A DNA stretch of 64,000 nucleotides from Paragordius varius (Eukaryota; Animalia; Nematomorpha): NCBI GenBank assembly GCA_964247055.1, contig OZ176051.1, forward strand, positions 10,478,001-10,542,000, in the 5' to 3' direction. This document shows positions 49,358 through 60,699 of the stretch, in pieces. Every line of letters starts with the position of its first letter. Position 1 is the stretch's first letter. Both the position numbers and the translations under genes were made by a program. The notes beneath the pieces were generated by a model. That model made no database searches and had not been told where the DNA came from. It saw nothing but the letters and a program-made list of their open reading frames with translations.

Positions 49358-50859
49358 CTAGCGTCCCGAGGAAGTCCTTCGGACTTCTGGGGGGGAGGGG
49401 GGAGGGGGGGGGGGGTAGGGCTATTGGAAATAAGGGACAATAAAATGATCCACTTATGTGGATTATTTCGAACCATTATTTAATAGATATGATTTTATAG
49501 GAATTTTAAAACGGAGCGTTCATACTAATATATTGTTTAATTGGGGAAAAATAGATTTAAAAAATTATTTTTGTGGTTTTTTTTGAAAAAAATGGCATTT
49601 TACGGGAATGGCGGGTAAAAAGAGGGCCTCAATTAAAAAAGTGAGACGACTATGTTCGGCGCGATCAAAAATAAGTAAACAAAAATCATATTTGCAATTG
49701 AATGATCCAACACGTTCTCCAGAAAATTGTCTCAAGGGCGAGTCGGGACATTTATTAATGATTATATTTTTTCGATATTTGGATTTGAATGGATCTACCG
49801 GTTTTCCGGTACCAGATCACCAGCATTTTCCATTTTTATAAATATATAGATTACCATAAATAATGTTTTATTATCCATATATTTTTTAACATCCTATGCA
49901 TAAGATAGATACTCCTTACTTAGCAGCTATCAAAGAAACGCTTGGCTAAAATTTTGCCTTTTAACAGGGAATACGAATCCTTATTGAATTTTTATACCTT
50001 GGGCAAAAAAATACAATCAAAAAATTATTTTTGTGGACTTTGTTTTTTTTTAAAAAAATGGCATTGTACGGGGGTAGCGGGTAAAAAGAGGGCCTAAATT
50101 AAAAAAGTGAAACGACTATGTTCGGCGCGATCAAAAATAAGTAAACAAAAATCATATTTGAAATTGAATGACCCAACACGTTCTCCGGAAAATTGTCTCA
50201 ACCTGTTTTTGACACGGGCTGGGCCCGAACTGGGGGCCTATTTCAAAAAAAGGGCGAAGCATTGTCGGGGTATTCATTAATGATTATATTTTTTCGATAT
50301 TTGGATTTAATTGGGTTTACCGGTTTTCTGGAAACAGATCACAAAGTTACATGATGAATCAGTTTTTAGCGGGTAGCTCCTTACCCAGCAGCTATTATCA
50401 TAGAAACGCTTGACTAAAATTTTTGACTTTTATCAGGGAATACGTGGTATCCATATTGAATTTTAACAGTTTACTTGGGCAAAAAATTACAATCAAAAAA
50501 TTATTTTTGTGGACTTTGTTTCTTTTGAAAAAAATGGCATTTTACGGGGGGAGCGGGTAAAAAGAGGGCCTAAATTAAAAAGCGAGACGACTATGTTTGG
50601 CGCAATCGAAAATAAGTAAACAAAAATCATATTTAAAATTGAATGATCCAATACGTTCTCCAGAAAATTGTCTCAAAGACACGATTTTTATGGACTTCTG
50701 TTTTCAAAAAAACGCGTTTTTCACACGGGGTGGGCCCGAACTGGGGGCCTATTTCAAAAAAAGGGCGAAGCAATTGTCGGGACATTTATAAATGATTAAT
50801 TTGAATGGGTCTACCGGTTTTCCGGTACCCAGCATTTTCCATTTTTATAAATATATAGA
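49358..50859 (-). mobile_element. Non-autonomous Helitron, copy 2, with triplicated 5' module
   Basis: 3' end: hairpin GAAGTCC-GAA-GGACTTC + CTCGGGACG-CTAG|T at 49358. 5' termini A|TCTATATATTTATAAAAATGG at 50859 and again at 49850. Three tandem ~300-500-bp modules similar to 4400-4824. Confidence 0.85.
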
Positions 50860-52714
50860 TTACATTGTGGATCATGTCAAATTATTGTATTTGGCCACAA
50901 GCTAACACAGTAGCGTTTGGGAAAAGGAACAAATTGTTCAAATTAAACACTTTACAACATTTTATTAAATTATGACAATATATCCTCTGCTATATTAGCA
51001 GTTGGCCAACAAAATATGTGACGAGCACAAATGTGCTATAATACTATCAGGGGAATTGTCATAGAGATTGATATGCCATGCGTAAACTATATTCTCCGTA
51101 TATAGGATTTCATACTATAAACAAGGGTATCTATCATACATGAAGGTGGAATAGGATTAATCTATTTAGTAAACTAATGAAGCTGATCCGGTAAGCCCTC
51201 ATATAAAGGTTGGCAATATATAACACGATTATAAGCGTCAATTAAGAAGTTATTAATATAGAAGTTCCATCATATCTGCTAGCCTATTTACTGGCACGGA
51301 ACAAATTATATTGAATCTTTTAGTTTAGTATATTCAAAAGTAGATGAGTCCCCGTTCATAAAGATTTTTTAAAAAATTTGGCCCTATTTAAGCAATAATT
51401 TTTTAAAGGTAAGAGTGTTATAAAATCAGCGATATATCTTAAACCATCATTAATTCTAGTCACGTAATCTGGGAGAAAATTACTTTAAAGCCACCTTAAT
51501 TTTATATGGCGGGGTAACAGAGAATAGACTATCAAGGAGTTTAACAAAGCAATCGAATAAAATTTCCATATAATACACTTAATAGGTTTGCAAAATGTTT
51601 CTTCCAAGTGCCATTTTTTGGAATATCATACAAGAGCACTAACTAGCTCCCTATAAAAAAGGGCTACATTTTTACCTTAGTTTGGAGGATAACTAAAAAA
51701 ATATCTATTTCTGAATAAATTTAAAACTCGAATATTTCTTGTATTTAGTAAATACCTAGCATTTTGATGGATATTATATGGTCACATAGCTTACCCAGAA
51801 AGTTGCAAAGCGTTATTTACAGCAGCTAAGTCAAAAAATTTGACTGAAATTCATTTTTATGAGGAAATTAAACCCGTTATTTAAGAATTTCATAACTTAT
51901 TCAAAAATGGCTTTTTTTGTTTTTTTGTGTATTTTTAAAGGGGGGAGGAGGGGAGGGGCCTCTAAATACAAAATATATTTATAAAATAACCTGACAATGT
52001 TGGGTGCTTTCAGAAAATATCAACACTATTTCGATGTCTCTATATTATTTTCAGTAGCGCTTATTAAGAAAAAAGATATCCTATAACATTGGCTAATAAT
52101 GGTGCTTATATATATATTTCACATTAGAATTTACACCTTTTCCGGATGACCCAATTTGAGTTTTTTTCTTTAATATATTTAACCAACATCTAAAATGCAT
52201 GCAATATCAGTAATTCAGGTAATAAAGGGTAAAGTCTATGGAAAGAATTTAAGCCCACTCGATTTCCAAGATCCCTAAATTTAAATAAGGAGTATTTATT
52301 CATGGTAAGGCATTATATAACATACTAACCTATTACTTAACCCAGACAGTGATAAAAATTATTCTGATGAATATATATTCTTATATGAAAATTCAAGATT
52401 ATCACGATGCTTTTAAAGTTATTTACATTATGGTAGTGCTCCATACTAGATGGCAAAATTTGCGCATATTTTGATTAAAATAGTTTTTGAAAAATTACTT
52501 TTTGATATTATAAATAAGATATTTATAGATCTTTTTCAACATAATTCAATGACGTGAACATTTCAATGTCGTAAAAATTTTATAATGTTTGTTTGTTAAA
52601 TTTAAATAAATTTATGTACACATATTTTTACCATTTTTAATTGAAATTCTGCGCTGATAGATATGATCAACATTATAAGATATAGAAAACAGATTTAAAT
52701 AATATCTTAGACTT

Positions 52715-53135
52715 TTTTTACCGTTTCTCATACCAAATAGTATGAAACGTACTTCAACAAAATTGTGTTAAAATTTAAATTTTTTAAAAAGTATGCATTT
52801 TTCAAAAAATATGTTTAAATTTACTATTGATTTTTATTTATCCCATAATCTCGGCATTTCGTGTTTATTTTAATGGAACTAGCCCATTTTATACTGGTAA
52901 AAAAATTTTCGAACTTTCGAAGCCGACATGTAAAAGAGTTAAAATTTAATAAAAATATTGTTTTTTGTGTTGTTGATATATTTTAGTAATATTTTTTGGA
53001 ACGAAGCACTTAGCTTTCACCAAAAAATTCTTATTTCAAAAAACGCGAAAATTTCATCTGACAACCACTGAAGTATAAAAAACTTTCTTACATCACTTGT
53101 AAGAGCAGCCAAAAGCACAATTATTATCCATTAAT
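52715..53135. mobile_element. Truncated right arm of the Tc1/mariner-type MITE family
   Basis: Similar to 22670-23130 (CTTCAACAAAATT, GAACTAGCCCATTTT, CCAAAAGCAC); terminal end missing. Confidence 0.6.
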
Positions 53136-53488
53136 CTATCAGCGTTGTATTTCATCATGCTATTTTTAATACCCCATTTCAGAGATTCTTGGGTAATAGC
53201 CAAGATGCACATCCACTAATGAATAACGGTTTTCTAGATGATTTATCAATTATAAACCTTTTACTGGAAGAAATAGAGCCAAGTCCATCATTCTTTTGCG
53301 AACAATATCGATAGGTCAACATATTCAGTCAAGATGCGTCAAGAAGAGGGAAAACACACACACACATTTAAAGATTTTTTAAAAACAAATAAGTATGTCA
53401 GTAATAGCCGTTAATTTATTTTATATACATATAAATGCATAAAAATAAATCTAACAAATATTAAAATGCCCTGACATATGTTATACAC

Positions 53489-56305
53489 ATGTATGAAAAT
53501 TTGGCATGTTTTGCAAATTGTTCACCGGCTCTTAAATCCAAACTTATAAAGGGTAATGCAACTATAAAGAATATAGAATTTACATCACTAAAATTCATAA
53601 AGAAAAAGATAAATGAAAATATCTACGAATGTGAAATTTCAAACAAATATTATAAAGCTGATATATTTATATCATTTGAAATTGTTTTACCTTGTGAGAT
53701 ATACATTTATTTCTTAAAAAATAATCAAGACACCGATATAAATGCCTATTTTGATCACATAAAATCAAATGTAAATATTTTAATAATTGATTGTCCGGAT
53801 TTGGAGGAGAAGTCTGGTTTAATATATTTAACAACCAGATCTTGTCAACAAATACTGTGTGGCTAATGATATCCAAATTATATATTTTGATGGTATGCTT
53901 TAATAAATAATTTTACATTAATTTAGATAATGGAATCGAAGACCTTATAAATTCGTTTCATGCACATAAATGGAAAAATATTTTGAAATTTAAAAATGAA
54001 TCTCAAACTATTCCTGCAAAGGAACAAGATTTTACACAAATGGCCAACCAAATTAAACTTTTACGAGGTTTTTATATCTGAAAAGTACTATTAATAGTGA
54101 ATTATAAAAATAATAACTTTATTGCAATGGGTAAACCAGGAGTTGGCAAAATTTTCCTCTTTATTTCACATCTTTTTTTTTTCAACTAATTCTGATCCAA
54201 AATATTTTTTTTAAAAAAATTTACGCAGAGTTCTGAAAATATATATCATATATTTGAATTAAGAAATCAGTCTTAAATAATAAGGTTGAAAAATTTGACA
54301 TATTTTTTGGATTTTGGAGGGGTTTGAATCCTCCCATAAGTCAAATAACACGGTTCTTTAAAAAAATAAAATTATGGACGATTACACAAGACAACAAATT
54401 TTAACTTTTTTTAACTGCCATTCTTGTAAATTTAAAATTTATTTCATTAAAGTACATAATTGGTATATCTGAAAAGAAAATTGGTCTAGCATGCAAGAAT
54501 TTTTTTTATATTAGAGTTTATCGATAATTTTTGGCCCCGATTTAACATTAAACTCGAAATTTCGAAAATTTAAAGTTTATATGAAGCCATATATTTTATA
54601 TCATTCGAAAGAGCGCAAAAAACTGCATCTTTTAAATGGTAGTAAGTCAATTAAATTAATCGGATGGAAAAGTTATTAGGATTTAAATGCTCGAAATTTT
54701 CAATCCTTAAATAAGTCAAGAATTTTTACAGACAAACTAATTTGAAAATCATATAAATTATTTTAATATAATTATTAGGGTTATATTAGTATTTAATTTA
54801 AAAAAAAATGTTTGAAAAAGCTTTTGGTTTGCTTTTTTAATAAAAATTATTATTATCATAAATATTTTACCTAGTGGATACTAAAATGCATAGATATAAC
54901 TGTAAATTTATTACATAATGGCTATAAAAGATCAAAAATACCTTGAATTATCTTTAAAATTTCGAAATTATCAGCCTCGTAAAGAAAATAAATTAATATT
55001 GATGAGATGGTAATTTTTAAAAAACAAAAAACTAAAAAATGGCTGTTCTTAGTGATATAAAAGCAATAAAAAACGTTTTAATCAAAAAAAACTTTCTTGT
55101 GTTATCTTTATTTGACATTCATCACCATCTAAACAAAGTTTGAGCGATTTTCATCCATTAGTTTTAAAAATATAATAATTAAAAAAATGCTCTCGCTTCG
55201 CGCGTTTGTCGCTCTTTGTGTCCAATATTAACTGTCGATGTAATACATAATAGTATGCATATTATAAAGTTTTTATTAATCTTTCGAATGATATATTACA
55301 AATGGGCATTACTTGTATATTTTCAAAGAAAAACATTTTTTAGTAAAATTTTGATAAAGAGGGCGCATAATCAAAAAAATCAAATTATACAAAATTCTTC
55401 CATCGAGTTATAATTATTATTTCAGATTTACTGTTAAAATGATACTAAATATCAGAAAATGCAAAAAACTCGAGTGGCAGAAAAATTTGTTGTCCAGTGT
55501 TATTTATCCTCAATTTTATTTTAAAAGATTAATTAATGAAGGTTAATTTTTTATTATAATATATAAAAATATTATTGTATATTGTGCTCTATAAACTATG
55601 AAAAAAATAAAAAACTTAAAATGGTAAAATTGAAAAAAATTCTCCCAGTACTGGCTTAGGCCAAATTTTTTATAAAATATTTATCAAAGATTGGTCATAA
55701 AATATGCATATAGAGATAAATTTTGTGATTTAAATTGTCAATTTACTAAAAGTTTTATGAAAATCTATTTTAGCAATTTTAACGTATTTTATTTGCAAAT
55801 TTTACTTTTTTCAAGATTCTATTTTTGCAATTATTTAGCCAATAATTTAAAGCTATATATTTTAATTATATCTTTCAGTTTCAAAATTATTAATTATTTT
55901 ACATGTCACCAATCAAAAAACGTTGATTAAGATATATCTACTTTTCTATGTCGCCTTTATTTAAGTTATGTTCGGTTATATGAACATTTATCACGTAATC
56001 ACAAATTTTAATTTTGTTATTAGATCAATCCCAAAACTTGAATGATGACCAGCGCAAGGATTTTGCTGAAAAAGTATTTTATATTTTTAAAAAATATTTT
56101 TTGTTTTTAGTTTATTAACAATGTAGGCCATTAAAGTTAAATTTAATTGATCGAATCATTTTGATAGATATTCATCATTAGAATTATATTTAATTTTATT
56201 ACAAAGTTTGTGGTTGATTTATGGAAATACCTTGATGGCGATATTGATGAAATTGAAGATGGACATGAAAATTCTACAGTAGATAAAATTCCCAAAACAT
56301 CATGA
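53489..56305 (+). CDS. AAGAB: Alpha/gamma-adaptin-binding protein p34 homolog, 223 aa
   Basis: Exons 53489-53816, 53839-53892, 53927-54067, 56024-56073, 56207-56305 (672 nt). Motifs EISNKYYKADI, GIEDLINSFHAHKW, LNDDQRKDFAEK, LWKYLDGDIDE. Confidence 0.8.
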
Positions 56306-56489
56306 TACCGACGAAAAAATATTATAATTTCTTTGACATTTTATAATAGATAATAAATTATTTATTACATAAAAAATTATCATTAATTTGTTGACTATTT
56401 GCAAATGTATTTCATATAAAGCATATATGGTTTAAAAACAAAATCATTCTAATTAACATAATCAAACAAACATTAATCAGTATTAGTTA

Positions 56490-59400
56490 TCAATCTTTGT
56501 TTTGTTCAATTTGAGCTTGAGCAAGTTTGAGTATCAAACTACGTATATAATTTCTTTTCTCAGTGCCTATGGTTGAAGGAAAATTCCAATGTTCTTGACC
56601 AAACTCTTGACGAACTTTAAGTTTTAAATCGGTAAGTGTAATTAAATTTTTTGCATCTCTGTTAAACTCAGATAAAGATGTATGCTTATTATCATTCGTT
56701 ACAATTTGTAAGTTTTCAAAGTTAGGAGGATATGAGAAAAACGTTTCAACATAATGCAACAAATAAATGCCACAATCATGAAAATTATCTTGTTGAGCCA
56801 CGTGCGGAAACAGACACCTGGTATTGAACCGGTTGAATTTTATAAGGAAGTGCGATTTTTGTAGATTTTTTCCCATTGTTTTATCTTTTACGCTTAAAGC
56901 GCCGTTATTTTCACATCTATTACCACCATATATATTATTCCATTCTTCGTTTAAATAAGCCCTTAGATGACGACTAATTGCAAGGCTTTGGTATGTTCCA
57001 GGCTTGTACATTGAATCAAAAATGAAAATAAAGGTGGTGGGATCAATAACAGGGGATTTTGAGTTTGACCGTTGTTGATTATCCGTTTCTATTTAGTATA
57101 AAAATATTAAAATTTAATTCGCATACTGTTTTTCATTCTTATCCATCATTTCCAAAGAATTTAAATATTTAAAAGTTGTAATGAATATAAATGTTTTAAT
57201 ATATTATGATAATCGAAAATTTTGAAATGTTTGATAAACATCCAATAATAGTGGTTTTATTGACGTTTTGAAGAAAATGCTTTTGCTTAATTAGCCCCAA
57301 CAGAAGCAAAATCAGTAAATGGTACATTATTATAGGCATTTAGAGTGACTTCTAATTTAAGAATCATCCTATAAAAGGGTGAGAAAAAATAATAAATATA
57401 TAAATTATCATATTTTTAACTCAATTCCCTTTTATACGGTTTAATACACTAAGTTTTTACATAATTGAAATGAGTATATTGGAAAATCCAAAAATAATAA
57501 TTGAAGAATTTTTCGCTTAATAAATAATATTTGCGGAAATTGTGTGGCTTTATGTGATAAGCAAATTAATATGGAAATTAATAAAAGAAAAGGGGATAAT
57601 AGAAACCGGTGCCAAACTTTGACAACTAGAAACCGTTTGAAACTAACCTGGTTTCATAATTCCTAAAACTATCTTAATTATAGTTTTAAAGTTTCTAAAA
57701 CTACCCTGGTTAGATCTTAATTTTTAGAAAAACCTGATTTCTGCTAAGTCAGCCGCGCATATAAACCTCGTCTTTCAAAAATTATATATCGCTGAGGGCT
57801 TGGAAAATTTTAAAATCACATAATTCTTAGTTAACCGGAGTTTGTTTGACCAGAACCAGAACTGGATTGGTTTAAAAAAATTAAGTTCTTAAATTTTATT
57901 ATAGCATGTATGTATTTATTGACTGTGGCATATTCCCTTAATTATGAAAATATAAAATGATTCGTGAGCTAAAAACAAATTTTTTCTTAAATTAAAATAT
58001 ATTAATTTGTTAAAATCTACCAAATTATATAACGCAACAAACATTAATCAGTTTGGTACTTTCAATAAGGATATATTTGACCGACAGTATAGTTGATACT
58101 TTATAACTATATCAAGATAGTCAAAAAAATATATGTATATATGTACCATGTCCGTTAATTATATTTTGAGGGAGCATGATTATAGCTACAAACCAGTGAG
58201 AATCCTCATTGATGGGTATGATAAGGAAACGCCTTTCAAAAATGTTGATATGTTTAGTCCACTTTTTAACAGCCGAATGGATGTCAGGGCCCAGTATGTC
58301 TCTTTCATTGTCCACAATCTTATCAGCAGTAAAAGGTTTTGATTGTGACAAGGTAGGTGCTTTATTTGTTTCTATTTGTTGTTCTTTACTTTGTTTATCA
58401 ACTAATTTTGTCTTGTAGTTCGATAAAAATGTGTCATAAATATTTTGTAGTCTGGGAAATGGATCCTCCCTCCTACGCTTTTCCATAACCTTATCATAAA
58501 TAGTATCACCATTACTCTGTTGTAAATCATCCATTGATGGTGTGTTTAAAGGTTTAAACATGCTTATTGTCGATGAAGGTGTTTTATGCATATGATGTGA
58601 ATTGTTGGGTGAATTAGGTACTGTATTATTAATAAATAATTTTGGGTCGGTTGATTTTTTCTCACATCTTTCATTTAGGGATTCAGTTGATGATTGTGAT
58701 CTAACCATATAGTTTGCAGGAGGTGTTAGTGTATCATAACTTTTTTCACCAATTGTTGACTTATTTTTATTTTTTTCTTTCCTTAAATTATCACGCTTAG
58801 CTTTAACAGTTGACATAATTTTAGTAAAAAAGAATGAATTAAAAACGTGTATTTGACAGCTAAAACACTTTTTAAACGTTTCATATGCCAAGTATTTAAG
58901 ATAAAATTCAATGATAGTGTCATTCAAGAATTCGTTGGGATATAAACAATTTATATCATTATTCGTTATTTCAAGCGATTCTTTGATTCTTTTGGCGTCA
59001 GTCGTGCCATTTGAAGTTTGTATATCAAATACATGTGTTAATGGTTGTTTCAAAGGCTTTTCTAGATCGGAATAAATATTATTTGATGAATTCGCAGAGG
59101 GTTGAGATGGGGGAGATTCATACATTAAAGGTAGTGCGTTAAAATTAAAATTGTTTTGCTCGATATTTTGTATGGTTTCAGCCAAAATAGCATTTCCTGA
59201 TACGTTTGAGTAAAATTTGGTTATTAATAGCGAAAAATTCCCCCTCAATGTTTCATTTGGTGTGCCAACAGTAATGTATATTTTATATATACCGTAAAGT
59301 TTGTAAAATAAAGATGATTTTCTAAGAGTTATGAATATTTTTGTGTTATTAGAGCCTTTTTCAAAATCTGTTATAACATTTAATGCATAAAGTTCATTGT

Positions 59401-59681
59401 TTTCTAAAGCAATTTCAATAGGTAAGCCGTTTACTTGAGTCCAAAATTTTAATTTTGATAAATTCTCGATAATTAAACATTTTTTCTCGCCTAAAATTTT
59501 CAACGGAAGTGTTTTATCCGATATATCAATAAAGGATGCGTCTAGAATCGAAAATTTTTGATTAGATTGGTCGGTAGTTGAGATAGGTTTATATATTAAT
59601 AGCGGACGACTATACGTTTTTACTTCTTTGAATATAGCTAAATTATATGATGTAAAACATACTTAATTTTTCTTGCAGCAT
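56490..59681 (-). CDS. SENP6/7-like SUMO protease (Ulp1/peptidase C48), ~702 aa
   Basis: Exons 59681-59663, 59637-58147, 57088-56490 (2109 nt). Motifs EFLNDTIIEFYLKYL, FNSFFFTK, VKKWTKHINIF, catalytic His (EDSHWF), Asp (FIFDSM) and Gln/Cys (QQDNFHDCGIYLLHY). The first micro-exon/start codon is less certain. Confidence 0.9.
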
Positions 59682-59755
59682 AACATCTAATAATTCAACT
59701 AAAAAATCTGATTTAATCCATGTAAAACTTTAAGCCTGCGCATGTAACAACTGAT

Positions 59756-60274
59756 ATGCCAGCCTTAAGGCCTCGAAACAAATGTGGACAAAATTTACAA
59801 TCTTTGAATCATTTGGGTATAAATTGGAAGGAGGAAACTGCTATACGAAAGGCTCAATTAGCCTCTCTTCAAGATAATCGAAAATGTATTACTCTAATAT
59901 ATAATTAGGTCGTAAAAATGTAACCGTATCGTCTATCAAAAAATTTGATATCGACTCCGAAAAGTACATTTTAATACCATCTAGAAAATATTTTTTGGCA
60001 CAAAGAAAGTACGCATTAAATGATTCTCCAATTAAAACAGAAAATAAAATGGAAACCAATTTTGATGCAGAATATAAAAAAATGCCCAAAAAGGTTTTTC
60101 ACTTATTATATTAAAGAAATCAGAACGGTTATATGTAGAATTTAACTTTTCTGCATCAGATTTTTTGAGTTGGTTATATATGAGACGTATTTAATTATTT
60201 AATCTTTAGATGTAAAAAATAATGATATAAAAATTAAAAGTATTGAAACTCAAATAGCCAATATAATGTATTGA
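59756..60274 (+). CDS. Hypothetical 149-aa protein with three 23-nt introns (absent from ORF track)
   Basis: Exons 59756-59885, 59909-60093, 60117-60186, 60210-60274. Three GT-AG introns of exactly 23 nt restore one continuous frame from ATG to TGA (MPALRPRNKC...IANIMY). Confidence 0.7.
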
Positions 60275-60374
60275 TCTTCCTGCTTGCAATATAATATATT
60301 TTTTATACTAGCAATTTTTAATTAGTAAAAATTCTGCTTAATAAATTTAATTTATTTTATACATTTATTGGTTT

Positions 60375-60605
60375 GCAGGACTTGGAACCAGAACCGGTTC
60401 TTTGATGGAACTTTTGTTTTGCGATGAATACCGAGACATTAATTATCAGATATTTGGATATGTGAGCTGAACCATATTAGGAACACGTGTTATTCTGCAG
60501 AGAACCGGTTCTGGAACCGAAATGCGAGAACCGGAACCCTAAAAGTTTTGAAATATAAGAACCGTTTTGTAACAGGTTCCTTTTTTTAAAAAAAACCGGG
60601 TTTTA
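60375..60605. repeat. GAACCG/AACCGG-rich dispersed repeat (similar patches at ~1520-1575 and ~57600-57880)
   Basis: Multiple direct and inverted AACCGG/GGTTC motifs; probably subterminal repeats of a DNA transposon. Termini not defined. Confidence 0.35.
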
Positions 60606-60699
60606 CAATGGAAAATATAAACAAACTTCTTTATACCCGTCGACAAAATATCCAAAAAGTATTTTTTACATCACAATTTTGATGTATTTTTAATAAAAT

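Noticed and set aside
49560-50859. Repeated blocks as a CRISPR array or a repeated gene family (ORFs 49608..49841, 50597..50791)
   Set aside because: Units are 300-500 bp and diverged, with no unique spacers or cas genes; they are Helitron 5' modules in a eukaryotic context.
50900-51900. Slightly GC-richer stretch as a gene or RT remnant
   Set aside because: No convincing motif or splice-consistent frame was found by eye; left unannotated.
54316-54335. GGAGG-GGTTTGAAT-CCTCC hairpin resembling a tRNA T-arm
   Set aside because: No A box, D arm, anticodon arm or acceptor stem nearby.
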